From a virus (lineage: Duplodnaviria > Heunggongvirae > Uroviricota > Caudoviricetes), in the IMG/VR virus record IMGVR_UViG_3300047546_003009: a DNA stretch of 23,626 nt. The stretch is one strand, 5' to 3'. Shown in pieces: positions 9,209 to 17,774 of the stretch; positions within the stretch are counted from its first letter, which is position 1; each line of letters begins with the position of its first letter. A program made the position numbers and the translations under genes. The notes under the pieces are model-generated. The model saw only the letters and a list, made by a program, of their open reading frames with translations. It did not search any database and was not told the DNA's origin.

Positions 9209-9808
9209 TTAATCCAAATCGCTGAATTTGTCAACAACAATTTTTCGAAACTTTTCTTCATCAAACTCAACAAATGGTCGATATCTAACACACTTAAATT
9301 TAAATGCCGGCCACACTAACTGGTCTTCAATGTTGCGAGACCAATACTTAAAGAACTTACATAATGAATTCATTATAACAACTGTTTCGAGCGATATCTC
9401 CTTTCGCAGTGCTAGTTTTAACAGCTTTGGATGCTGTCCGTTTTCAACAATAATATTGCTATTAAAATTCGCATCAAGCTTTGCTAAATCGTTTTCAAAA
9501 ATGTACTGAAGTGATTGTTGTCTTGCAAGCCATTTTGTATAAACCTTCTCACTGTTATTACTAGTGATAACATCACCAATCCAGTTTGTTTGATTGTCGA
9601 TGAGGTTTGCAATTAGAAACCCTTTGACATCTTTTTTCTTTGCAAGCTTGCAGAAGAAGAACTTATCGTTCCTCCGCTCAAACGAGGAACGACCAGCTTT
9701 TACACTACCACCATACTTAAAGAAATCATAGTACTGGGAGGTAAAGTGATTCTTCAACGCAACGTATAGCTTGTATGCTTGATACCCACTATCGAGGTTG
9801 CTGATCAT
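9209..9808 (-). CDS. gp59: helicase loader gp59
   Basis: Motifs YKLYVALKNHF, YDFFKYGG, SFERRNDKFFF and ISLETVVI; next to gp32 and gp33. Confidence 0.9.
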   Translation of the reverse strand: MISNLDSGYQAYKLYVALKNHFTSQYYDFFKYGGSVKAGRSSFERRNDKFFFCKLAKKKDVKGFLIANLIDNQTNWIGDVITSNNSEKVYTKWLARQQSLQYIFENDLAKLDANFNSNIIVENGQHPKLLKLALRKEISLETVVIMNSLCKFFKYWSRNIEDQLVWPAFKFKCVRYRPFVEFDEEKFRKIVVDKFSDLD

Positions 9809-9817
9809 AACAAAAAG

Positions 9818-10063
9818 TTAGATTGGAAGTTTTGACGTCTTTGGTAGAAAGTTCAATGTTTCGGCTTCGGTTCTAATCTTAGCTTTAAACTTTTGGTTTT
9901 GTTTGATTAGCTGAGCTGCTGTTTCAATTTCCATGTTGTTCTTCTCACAGTAATAAACAACAGCGTCAATATACTCCATTTTCTTTTCAGTGACAAGCTG
10001 CTCCACTTCACGAAGAAAATCTTTAACAGTAATAACTGTATTAACTTTAAGTTCATCTGTCAT
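9818..10063 (-). CDS. gp33: late transcription co-activator gp33
   Basis: Motifs YIDAVVYYCEKNNMEIE and EAETLNFLPK. Start moved to ATG 10063, which overlaps the upstream stop (ATGA). Confidence 0.88.
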   Translation of the reverse strand: MTDELKVNTVITVKDFLREVEQLVTEKKMEYIDAVVYYCEKNNMEIETAAQLIKQNQKFKAKIRTEAETLNFLPKTSKLPI

Positions 10064-10581
10064 TTGTAGAATATGTGGTCGCCTATCTGTACTACTTTGT
10101 TGTACTTCCATTGTGGCCTCACGTATGTTGCATGAAAATAAGTTGCACCGCTTGTAGGGTCTAGATTAGGATTATACCTATACCACACATGAGAGGCAAC
10201 ATTGTAAGCGAGTTCCCATCGCTGCTTATTTGGAACTCGAGGTTGTTCGCATACCCAAGAAAACTGGCAGACTGTTTGGTTTGTGTCGGGGTTCTTGGTT
10301 TTCTGATAAACTACTTCACATACATCTGAAGGCCAACGCTGACTATATAGTCGATTTAATGTAACGAACGCTACAGCCTTCATACCTTCTATTGGTTGAT
10401 TGCCAGCTTCAAAGTAAACGTTATCAGCTAGGCATCTTATTTGTCTCTTAGCATCCAAATAACCTTGCTTCGAAACATGGGGAGTAATTACTGTTTCATC
10501 TGTTGTAGCAAGATGGCACAATGCAATAATAAAGGCTGCAGATACAGTAATAGCAGCTCCCACAAGAGCTTTTACTATCAT
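10060..10581 (-). CDS. SleB-like (Hydrolase_2) cell wall hydrolase with N-terminal hydrophobic segment
   Basis: Motifs CLADNVYFEAGNQPIEG, AVAFVTLNR, CQFSW, GATYFHATYVRPQW and IGDHIFYK. Confidence 0.88.
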   Translation of the reverse strand: MIVKALVGAAITVSAAFIIALCHLATTDETVITPHVSKQGYLDAKRQIRCLADNVYFEAGNQPIEGMKAVAFVTLNRLYSQRWPSDVCEVVYQKTKNPDTNQTVCQFSWVCEQPRVPNKQRWELAYNVASHVWYRYNPNLDPTSGATYFHATYVRPQWKYNKVVQIGDHIFYK

Positions 10582-10601
10582 ATTGTAAACCTTTTATTGT
10601 T

Positions 10602-10642
10602 AAAAAGAAGGTAGGTTGTTTGGATAATAAGGAACAACCTAC
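10602..10642 (-). terminator. terminator-like hairpin at the 3' end of the tmRNA coding piece
   Basis: GTAGGTTGTT/AACAACCTAC 10-bp stem followed by CTTCTTTTT on the minus strand. Confidence 0.7.
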
Positions 10643-10936
10643 AAATCCCCATCTAGCTTTTAGGCAGCCAGAGCAAACTTTTCGTCATTTGCGTTTATGG
10701 TTTTTGCTCTGCTTACGGCAGTCGCCTATCGTGCTGTCTGTTCCGTTACTCATTGCCCTGTCGAAACCTAGTCACCCCCATCAGAAGCATACTAACCACA
10801 TAGTCCGCAAGTGTAAGTTATTCCCTTTCGGGTGTCCTTGGCATACGGTGGGGTTCGAACCCAATGCTTTTGGTGGAGGTGGGGAGAATCGAACTCCCGT
10901 CCAGAACACCTTTTACTTTACTTCATACAGCAATAT
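10602..10936 (-). ncRNA. ssrA: tmRNA, circularly permuted two-piece gene (acceptor piece ~10936-10871, intervening segment 10870-10780, coding piece 10779-~10602)
   Basis: Acceptor end GGACGGGAGTTCGATTCTCCCCACCTCCACCA lies upstream of the 5' motif GGGGGTGACTAGGTTTCGACA. Stem GGGGGTG/CACCTCC has the G3-U70 pair. The tag frame at 10692-10660 reads ANDEKFALAA*. Confidence 0.93.
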
Positions 10937-10941
10937 TTGAT

Positions 10942-10949
10942 TATTTATA
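10942..10949 (-). promoter_or_regulatory. T4 late promoter TATAAATA driving the tmRNA gene
   Basis: Exact consensus directly upstream of the acceptor piece, abutting the upstream terminator tail. Confidence 0.75.
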
Positions 10950-10973
10950 AAAAAGGGCAGTGACGCCCTTTTT
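10950..10973 (-). terminator. rho-independent terminator after the DUF932 gene
   Basis: AAAAAGGGC-AGTGAC-GCCCTTTTT directly after the stop at 10974. Confidence 0.85.
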
Positions 10974-11933
10974 CTACGCAGCTTCAGCGTACTCAATCGC
11001 CAGATCAAGCGCTTTCATCTTGAGGTTACGGTTGAGACCAAACCACGAAGAAGTAAGGCGATTTTCAGCAGATTTACCAGCTTTGTGGTCGACAAAGTAT
11101 GTAACTGCGTTAAACGCTTGCCACCACGAACCCTTAGCAAATTCCGCACCAGGCTGGAGATCCAGAATACCAGGCTCACCACCAGAACCAAGCATAATCT
11201 CGGCAGTCTTTGACATCTCTTTACGGGACTCTTCTTTCTGCGTAAGAACAGGGAACAGTTCTTTCATGTAATCCTTAACAGTATCTTTTTTGTAACGTTT
11301 CTTACCAAGGAAAAGAGCGTTGTCTTTGTATTTACGAAGCTGATCACCGGCAATACCAAGAGCAAGTTTAACTTCCTGAGGATCAAACTCAGATCGGTGA
11401 TTAACCTTAACAGCCTTACGACCTTTTTCGTTCAAGGCCATAGTCAGCGTGTTGTTGCAGACAACACGAATCGGAGTGAAACGAACGTCAATCGACTGAC
11501 CCCACTTATGAGGATTGGTAAACATGAGGTAGCCTTCAACCTTATCGCCACCAAACACTTCGAAGCTGTCCTTAATTTTGGCAAGCGCCCAAACAATCTG
11601 ACCGTTCTTGAGAGAACCGGCCGTATGCATTTCCATGTCGCCGGCGTGCACATATTCATTAAAGAACTCAAACGCTTCGCTGTTCTGAACAGGCAGCCAG
11701 TCGTTCGTAACAACGTCGAGAATCGACTTGTCGGTGGAACGAACAAGAGCATGTTTACCAGTAAGGCGTTCTTCACCATCAACCTTGATGTAGGCAGGGA
11801 TCTTTTCAACCTGCCAATCGAGACCAGCAGTCTTCAACATTTGCTCCGGTGACAGATCGGCCGGGACAGATTTACCAAGACCGTGCCAAGGAGTCTCACC
11901 CGCGTACGCCATCGTTTCAACCATGTGTGCCAT
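10974..11933 (-). CDS. DUF932 / phage-plasmid-related protein
   Basis: Motifs MAYAGETPWHGLG, AGLDWQVEK, VQNSEAFEFF, TAGSLKNG, TPIRVVCNNTL and WWQAFNAVT. Confidence 0.85.
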   Translation of the reverse strand: MAHMVETMAYAGETPWHGLGKSVPADLSPEQMLKTAGLDWQVEKIPAYIKVDGEERLTGKHALVRSTDKSILDVVTNDWLPVQNSEAFEFFNEYVHAGDMEMHTAGSLKNGQIVWALAKIKDSFEVFGGDKVEGYLMFTNPHKWGQSIDVRFTPIRVVCNNTLTMALNEKGRKAVKVNHRSEFDPQEVKLALGIAGDQLRKYKDNALFLGKKRYKKDTVKDYMKELFPVLTQKEESRKEMSKTAEIMLGSGGEPGILDLQPGAEFAKGSWWQAFNAVTYFVDHKAGKSAENRLTSSWFGLNRNLKMKALDLAIEYAEAA

Positions 11934-11976
11934 AATGTAATTACCTCTTTAAAGTTAATTTGTCAGCTACAAGGTC

Positions 11977-12005
11977 ATTGTACAGTAAACTACTTTAAAA
12001 GTCAA
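11977..12005 (-). promoter_or_regulatory. sigma70-type early promoter for DUF932
   Basis: TTGACT-17 nt-TACAAT, then a GAGG ribosome-binding site. Confidence 0.78.
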
Positions 12006-12228
12006 CAGCTTTTTTTATCTGCTGAAAATAAGCATTTACAGCATAACGGTTTTCATTAACAAACCGTTCTGAACTTTGGACACGCAAATCATCAATTAAA
12101 TTGAAATATTCTTCACGATCAACCATTCCGCGCGCAAACAAAGAAGCGTAAATTTGAGCCCGAGTTGAAACAATAGAATATTGTTCAGGTTCGTTGAAAC
12201 ATTCGCGGGCAATTGTAAAAACATTCAT
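11995..12228 (-). CDS. hypothetical protein
   Basis: 77-aa ORF coupled to the exonuclease stop (ATGA). Confidence 0.65.
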   Translation of the reverse strand: MNVFTIARECFNEPEQYSIVSTRAQIYASLFARGMVDREEYFNLIDDLRVQSSERFVNENRYAVNAYFQQIKKAVDF

Positions 12229-12881
12229 TTACAAAAAACCTCTTTGACTCTAGGATAGAAACTTGTCGTCTTTTTAACGAACACTTGGGGCTGTTCGTTC
12301 TCCACACCAATAACAACAGCTATTCTAGGAACGTTGATATTATATAGTTCTTGAATCATTACTGCATACACTGTGCATTGAAGAAAATAATTTTCGATCC
12401 AGTCTTCCCGCTTTAACTTGGAAGAGGATTTAAAATCAACAACTGTATTCATACCATCAAACCTACAAAACAGGTCGCAGCGGCCCGCTGTCTTCAACAG
12501 ATGTGAGTATAGAGGAAACTCTTGTCCATAAACCTTTTCAACACGCTCATCAATAATTGGTTGAATCGATTTAAACAGATCGATAGTAGAGGGATTATAC
12601 TTAACGTGAAAGTCTTCTTCATTGTTAATATACTTCTCAACAATTGCATGAAGCTTTGTACCACGTGTCGAAGCCTGCGTTGTTATTTTCTGGGCCTGTT
12701 CTGGACCAACACGCTTACGCCACTCCATAATAGATTTCTTATTGAGAGCAGATAAGATTGTTGTCACAGATTTATATCGTTCCCCGGTGGGGAGCGTATA
12801 GTAACGCTCTCCATCCAGTTCTTCAGAAACTAATTCAATAGAATCGAAATGTTTCTCATGATCAAAATACTTTGTTCTCAT
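12225..12881 (-). CDS. PD-(D/E)XK exonuclease (RecB/Cas4-like), typical PhoH neighbour in T4-like phages
   Basis: Motifs YKSVTTILS, RGTKLH, AGRCD, VVDFKSS and YFLQCTVYA. Confidence 0.85.
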   Translation of the reverse strand: MRTKYFDHEKHFDSIELVSEELDGERYYTLPTGERYKSVTTILSALNKKSIMEWRKRVGPEQAQKITTQASTRGTKLHAIVEKYINNEEDFHVKYNPSTIDLFKSIQPIIDERVEKVYGQEFPLYSHLLKTAGRCDLFCRFDGMNTVVDFKSSSKLKREDWIENYFLQCTVYAVMIQELYNINVPRIAVVIGVENEQPQVFVKKTTSFYPRVKEVFCK

Positions 12882-13608
12882 ATCCTAGTTTGTCTTTTGT
12901 AATAATATACTGTTTAACCATATCAGAGCGAAGAATATCATCTTCTTTAAATTCAATGTGATCAAAGCAAGACATTTCCTCCAGTATCTTCATAAAATGT
13001 TTCAGACCATCTCTCTCTGTTTGTTTTGAAAGATCGGCCTGTCTATAATCACCGCAGAACAACAACTGACAATTTGAACCCATTCTAGTAATAATACTAT
13101 CAAGCTCATGGAAGTTCATGTTGTTACACTCATCAACAACTACTATTGCATTGTTAATTGTTATGCCACGTATAAATGATGTGGTAATGAAGTCAATTAC
13201 TTTATAACGCTTGAGTATTTCATAAGCGTCGTCCCTACCAAACAACTCACTACAAATTCCTCTGTATGGTGCTTCGTATGTTTTAATCTTATCATACTCG
13301 TCACCAGGTAGAAAACCAATATCACGTGTAGGTACGACACTGCGAACAATTACGACGCTACTATGAAGGGAGGATTTTTTCATTACGCTATCAAGGCCAA
13401 GATACAGGGACATAAATGTTTTACCTGTACCAGCAAGACCATGAAGAAGCATGTTTCTACCTTGGTTGAAACTATCAAATGCGCGCTGCTGATTATCTGT
13501 GAGAGGAGTTATGTTGTTTAAATGAAGGTTGGTGTGGGGGAGCTTGATACCGTTGACAAAAACACTGGATGGCTGTTTTTTACTTGCTTTTTTAATTGCT
13601 TTTCTCAT
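12862..13608 (-). CDS. phoH: PhoH-family ATPase
   Basis: Walker A GLAGTGKT, IGFLPG, FIRG, VVDECNN and CGDYRQAD. Confidence 0.93.
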   Translation of the reverse strand: MRKAIKKASKKQPSSVFVNGIKLPHTNLHLNNITPLTDNQQRAFDSFNQGRNMLLHGLAGTGKTFMSLYLGLDSVMKKSSLHSSVVIVRSVVPTRDIGFLPGDEYDKIKTYEAPYRGICSELFGRDDAYEILKRYKVIDFITTSFIRGITINNAIVVVDECNNMNFHELDSIITRMGSNCQLLFCGDYRQADLSKQTERDGLKHFMKILEEMSCFDHIEFKEDDILRSDMVKQYIITKDKLGYENKVF

Positions 13609-13614
13609 TGACCC

Positions 13615-13851
13615 TCAGAACGTGTTAATTTTGCTCTTATAATGCGTGCTCTTGATATCCTTGAGTCTATCCCTAAACGCATCGTCCGGTTTTTTCAACC
13701 CGAGCCTGATAGGATCACCGATTGGTGGTGCAGCAGAAAAGAATCTTTCTAGGTGCGGGTTGTTTTTAACAAAGTCATCATATTCTGACATCCGCATCAC
13801 ACGTTCAACTATTTCACCAGTTTCTACATTACGAAATTCATACGTCGGCAT
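13615..13851 (-). CDS. FmdB-like small regulatory protein (zinc-ribbon-like, without cysteines)
   Basis: N-terminus MPTYEFRNVETGE and motif GDPIRLG..KPDDAFRDRL; adjacent to phoH. Confidence 0.6.
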   Translation of the reverse strand: MPTYEFRNVETGEIVERVMRMSEYDDFVKNNPHLERFFSAAPPIGDPIRLGLKKPDDAFRDRLKDIKSTHYKSKINTF

Positions 13852-13854
13852 AAT

Positions 13855-14127
13855 TTACTTTTCTGCTTTTTTCTTACGCGATTGTTTTTTCTTTGCTTTG
13901 GGTTTTGTCTCTACTTTTTCCTCTTCAACTGTGAGAGTTGGAATCTCTTGAGGAATGTTGTAGTTGTATGAGTAGCTTTCTTCGAGAGTGAGATTTTGTT
14001 GAGGGTCCTCATCCTTTCGACTATTCCAATCATACTTTTTATCTGTATACCAACCAACAAACTTTAAAAGTACATCTTCAATTTTATCAGCTAGTTTTGA
14101 ATCCCAAAACAGACGCTTTCTATACAT
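13855..14127 (-). CDS. hypothetical protein with basic C-terminus
   Basis: 90-aa ORF tightly packed in the operon. Confidence 0.6.
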   Translation of the reverse strand: MYRKRLFWDSKLADKIEDVLLKFVGWYTDKKYDWNSRKDEDPQQNLTLEESYSYNYNIPQEIPTLTVEEEKVETKPKAKKKQSRKKKAEK

Positions 14128-14138
14128 TAAGGTTCCCC

Positions 14139-14324
14139 TTACTTGTAGTTGTTGTAATCATATTCTGATAGATCATCCAGTCTATCAAAATCCTGGGTTT
14201 TAATGTATTTATCAATACTCCGAAAAGATTGTCGGTCTTGTCTGCTTTTCTGGTATTTAAAGTAGTGACCGTTGTTTTCGTAATCGTCAGCAACTTTTGA
14301 CGACTTCTTAAACGTCTTGCTCAT
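14139..14324 (-). CDS. hypothetical protein
   Basis: 61-aa ORF with an ATGA overlap to the upstream gene. Confidence 0.6.
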   Translation of the reverse strand: MSKTFKKSSKVADDYENNGHYFKYQKSRQDRQSFRSIDKYIKTQDFDRLDDLSEYDYNNYK

Positions 14325-14758
14325 GCTTTCTGACTCTCCTTGACAGGAATTAGATCGGGGAATGCTTCATTAATAATTTTTGCCGTGATTCCCTTAAACG
14401 GCAATTTTTTATCTTTCATACAGTTGACAAGTTTTGCATCTTTAGGGTCGATCGACTCAATTAACTGAATGTATAACATTTCTCGCTTAAGGTTTGTTAG
14501 GTTTGGATTACCACCTTCAAGGAACAAATAGAGACGACGAACCTCGGTGTATAGTCTTGCTTCCTGGTCAACGTACGGACATGGTTTAAAAGGAGGTTCA
14601 CCCTTAGGTAGAGCAAATTTAATTTGAGGGTCAAGAGCATACTTTAGCACCGTGCGCAAAGCACCGTTATCGTTCCTGCGTAACAAATCAATCTTCTCAG
14701 CTGGTGTCTTACATTTAGACACCTGCTCCAAAATCTCATACATGCTTTGTTTTTTCAT
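14321..14758 (-). CDS. conserved T4-like hypothetical protein found next to RNase H
   Basis: Motifs LPKGEPPF, LYLFLEGGN, KREMLYIQLIE and EAFPDL. Start set at ATG 14758 (TAATG overlap). Confidence 0.75.
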   Translation of the reverse strand: MKKQSMYEILEQVSKCKTPAEKIDLLRRNDNGALRTVLKYALDPQIKFALPKGEPPFKPCPYVDQEARLYTEVRRLYLFLEGGNPNLTNLKREMLYIQLIESIDPKDAKLVNCMKDKKLPFKGITAKIINEAFPDLIPVKESQKA

Positions 14759-15627
14759 TAAAATTCCCCAACACATTCCATAAGGTTTTTAAGCTTCTTA
14801 TTAATAAAGTAATTAAACATCTTACCTCTCTTTATAGTGCATCCGTCTTTCTCTTGCTCAAATACTGCAATCGCTTTTGAAACAATATCGTTGGGAACAA
14901 ATGAAAGGTCAATCAGCTGTTGGTTACGCATGTAACCACGCTTGATGTCTTCAGGCTGATCATCAATCCCATTCTCAATAACATTGGAGATGAGTTTGCT
15001 GGTTACCTTTCTTTGGCGAACGCCACTCACAAAGCAATCATCACTAGACAAGATGTTAGGCACACCATCTCCACGATCACCTTTGATAATCTGCTCTTTA
15101 ATAAACTTTGACGGGTCACTATGAGCAATCATTTTATTCTTGATTGGATCGTACTGTTTTACGTTAGCGTATTGTTGTAATTGAACAAAGTCTTTGTCAC
15201 CAGAAACAATAACAATATCTTCAGCTGTGTTGTTATTTAGCTCGACGCCGTATTTTGATACGAGTGACGCAATGATATCGTCAGCCTCAGCATGGTCTAG
15301 GTGAATGACAATATAGGGAAAGTTCTCTTTGAGCTCGTCACGGATCTTGTTAAGAAGATCAAATACACCAACCCAATCAAAGTCAGAAGCTTCGCGGTCT
15401 TTCTTGCGATTGGCCTTGTAGTTTGGGAATATGTTTTTTCGCCAGTTGTTTTTACCATCACAAGCAATAACAACGGTTTGATGTTCCTTGAACATCTGGC
15501 GAACGTTGCGAATTTTATTGAGGATCATGTGCCGTACAAGATCCTCTTCGAGTTTGACGTTTGTGTGGTTACCAATCTGAGCCATTATATTTGAGATGGC
15601 GATCTGATTGTAGTCAATGATAATCAT
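14758..15627 (-). CDS. rnh: T4-type RNase H (5'-3' exonuclease)
   Basis: Motifs MIIIDYNQ, WRKNIFPNYKANR, EADDIIA, SGDKDFVQL and GDRGDGVPN. Start set at 15627. Confidence 0.93.
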   Translation of the reverse strand: MIIIDYNQIAISNIMAQIGNHTNVKLEEDLVRHMILNKIRNVRQMFKEHQTVVIACDGKNNWRKNIFPNYKANRKKDREASDFDWVGVFDLLNKIRDELKENFPYIVIHLDHAEADDIIASLVSKYGVELNNNTAEDIVIVSGDKDFVQLQQYANVKQYDPIKNKMIAHSDPSKFIKEQIIKGDRGDGVPNILSSDDCFVSGVRQRKVTSKLISNVIENGIDDQPEDIKRGYMRNQQLIDLSFVPNDIVSKAIAVFEQEKDGCTIKRGKMFNYFINKKLKNLMECVGEF

Positions 15628-15628
15628 T

Positions 15629-16570
15629 TTAGTATTGAATCTTCTTTTCGTTAAGAATCTGCTTAAGGAACAGCGTCCATTGCTGCTTACGCATTTCCCA
15701 TCCATAGAAGATATTACTATAACTTTGTTGATTAATCAACCGCAATTTGATTTGTTCGTTGTGAACGTTTTGAATTGCCGCGTCAAGTTGGTGATAGAAC
15801 AGCATTGCGTGATCACGCTTGTCCTCAAGGAACTGATACATCCATGTCCAGTTCGCTGCCGTTTCGTAGAGTGCACCGTAGTTTGGATGAACGCAGATTA
15901 GACCAGCAGACATTGCCTCCATAAGTGCACGGCAGCTCGTCTCCATCCAAATAGATGGATATGCAAAAATATGAGCACTAGCAACAGCATCACGAACAAC
16001 CGGTTGTTCGGCAAAGCCATGGTAGTTCACTTTAGGATTTGCTTTAAGCATGTCGAACACTTGTTGGTACTGTTTATCACGTTCTTCAAAGTTGTACATC
16101 TTAAAGCTTGAGAAAACATCAAGAACGATGTTATCGTGCTTTTCACAAAGTTTATCAAACACAGGAGCAAGAAGCTCAAGACCACGATGAGGTGTAGTGT
16201 GGTAGATAATTCGAATTACAGAATCATCTTTCTCTTTGGAAGGGATTGGATTGATTGCGTTTTGAATGACAACACACTTGTGCCATGGAATGCCATAGTA
16301 GCTGACAAACTGTTGCATTTGCCAGTTGGAGACGAATACAAGCTTTTCGTATTGATTATAACCACCTGCCTTAAGGTGTTCACACTCAGGATCACCTACA
16401 AGATCGTGAGCCCAATAGATGGGAATCTTTCCCGCTTCGTGACCTCGAAAGCGAGAAGGAACAATATGAAAATGCTTCCAGATGTTTTCATCAATGTGGC
16501 TTTTGAACTCCTCAATTAAGAGCTCTGTGCCACCCTTTGCACCTTTGTTAACAATATCAAGACCCATCAT
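15629..16570 (-). CDS. GT-B fold glycosyltransferase
   Basis: Motifs GGTE, FVSNWQ, YHTTPHRGLELL and YPSIWMETSCRALMEAMSAG (EX7E motif). Confidence 0.85.
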   Translation of the reverse strand: MMGLDIVNKGAKGGTELLIEEFKSHIDENIWKHFHIVPSRFRGHEAGKIPIYWAHDLVGDPECEHLKAGGYNQYEKLVFVSNWQMQQFVSYYGIPWHKCVVIQNAINPIPSKEKDDSVIRIIYHTTPHRGLELLAPVFDKLCEKHDNIVLDVFSSFKMYNFEERDKQYQQVFDMLKANPKVNYHGFAEQPVVRDAVASAHIFAYPSIWMETSCRALMEAMSAGLICVHPNYGALYETAANWTWMYQFLEDKRDHAMLFYHQLDAAIQNVHNEQIKLRLINQQSYSNIFYGWEMRKQQWTLFLKQILNEKKIQY

Positions 16571-16854
16571 GCCACCATGTCAATTCGTTTGACTGAATCA
16601 ATTTTAAAAGAACGCCAAGCACTCTTTTCAACATCCCACACAGCAAACACATCATCATTTGCTTCTTTCTTACGGTCGGTCTTTTGCTCGTAAGGAACAA
16701 CAATGTTTTCTTGTAACGTACACTTCATGACACGTTCCGTACCATCTTTTTTGGTAAACGTCACATTTACAGTATTCTCTTTAAGAACACTAGACAGCCA
16801 TTTACGAAAAGACGGTTTATCTTCTTTACTCCACTCCAATGCGCTCATTATCAT
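16567..16854 (-). CDS. SH3/Sm-like beta-barrel protein (WYL_2/DUF2693-like)
   Basis: Motifs VTFTKKDGTERVMKCTL and VWDVEKSAWRSFK. Confidence 0.75.
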   Translation of the reverse strand: MIMSALEWSKEDKPSFRKWLSSVLKENTVNVTFTKKDGTERVMKCTLQENIVVPYEQKTDRKKEANDDVFAVWDVEKSAWRSFKIDSVKRIDMVA

Positions 16855-17191
16855 ACCTCACAATAAAAGTTTTCAGTTTTTGACGACTTGCTTGATCTAT
16901 CATGTTTTGGGTTCCATTAGAAACCCCATCCCAGAAACATATTAATGCATCACCATATTCAGCCATTTGCTTATTACGAATAGGACCTGCTGCCTTACCA
17001 TACTTTTTCCAGTCGGCAGGAAATCTTTTTATCGGGATGTTATATTTTTCTGCGTATGTGATTGCAAGTGTATCTGCACCATCAGCACATCCAGAAACAA
17101 TTTCAGTTATCGGCCACTCGATCTTGTTTAGATATTTCTCAAGAAGATTGAAGTCGCTAAATGTTCTCGTTCCGGCTATTATTAGTTTCAT
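16826..17191 (-). CDS. YspA-like SLOG-family protein (DUF2493)
   Basis: Motifs IIAGTR, IVSGCADGAD, GKAAGPIRNKQM and FWDGVSNGT. Start set at 17191. Confidence 0.82.
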   Translation of the reverse strand: MKLIIAGTRTFSDFNLLEKYLNKIEWPITEIVSGCADGADTLAITYAEKYNIPIKRFPADWKKYGKAAGPIRNKQMAEYGDALICFWDGVSNGTQNMIDQASRQKLKTFIVRYDNERIGVE

Positions 17192-17726
17192 TTTCAACAC
17201 CAAGCTTGCAAATAAAGTAACTATCGATTAGGTCTGAAGATGGATTCCATTGTTTTGATGTCATAGAGAGTGTATGTTTAATATCAAACCCAGTTTCAGC
17301 GATAAAGCTTTCTTCCATCTTCTGTTTATCAGCATTACCTTTACCTGTAGCAAACTTCTTAATCACAGTTGGAGGCACTGCTAGGTAATCGATGTGATTT
17401 TTCCACAGCAGAAATTTACAAATGCCACCGTTTTCGGCAATATGAAACACCTTGCCTTTTGAACCATAACTATAGTCTTCTATAAAGACTTTTTCAACAC
17501 TTTGAGATTTGCAGATATCAACAATCCATGTAGCGATGTTATTGTATCGCTCGCTATCACAAGTATATTCTGGAAACACCTCGCCATGAAGCTTTGGGTG
17601 GACGTAAAGATATTTGTCTTTGGAAGTGAGGAAGTAAAACTCACATTTATCAAACTCAAATTTGTCACCACGAAACAGGCACAGCGCAGGTGATGTCATT
17701 GATAGATCAACACCTAGTATAATCAT
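17157..17726 (-). CDS. RuvC-like Holliday junction resolvase
   Basis: Motifs ILGVDLSMTSP, FIEDYSY, IKKFATGKGNADK and DLIDSY. Confidence 0.8.
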   Translation of the reverse strand: MIILGVDLSMTSPALCLFRGDKFEFDKCEFYFLTSKDKYLYVHPKLHGEVFPEYTCDSERYNNIATWIVDICKSQSVEKVFIEDYSYGSKGKVFHIAENGGICKFLLWKNHIDYLAVPPTVIKKFATGKGNADKQKMEESFIAETGFDIKHTLSMTSKQWNPSSDLIDSYFICKLGVENETNNSRNENI

Positions 17727-17774
17727 AAGAACCCTCCTACTCTTATATAGGAAGGTTCTTTCACTAACTGCTAC

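Noticed and set aside
10780-10870. Self-cleaving ribozyme (hammerhead or HDV-like) in the tmRNA spacer
   Set aside because: GAAA and CTGATG are present, but the CUGAUGA core and the required helices or nested pseudoknot could not be built by eye.
10840-10910. tRNA gene suggested by GGTTCGAA / GTTCGATTC and a CCA end
   Set aside because: There is no anticodon arm or upstream acceptor strand. The CCA-ending arm pairs with the downstream tmRNA 5' end instead.
10620-10940. 106-aa plus-strand ORF
   Set aside because: It is the antisense shadow of the tmRNA gene, with no RBS or recognisable motif.
12225-12881. Cas4 as part of a CRISPR-Cas locus
   Set aside because: No four-cysteine Fe-S pattern, no cas neighbours and no array; it fits the usual phoH-linked phage exonuclease.
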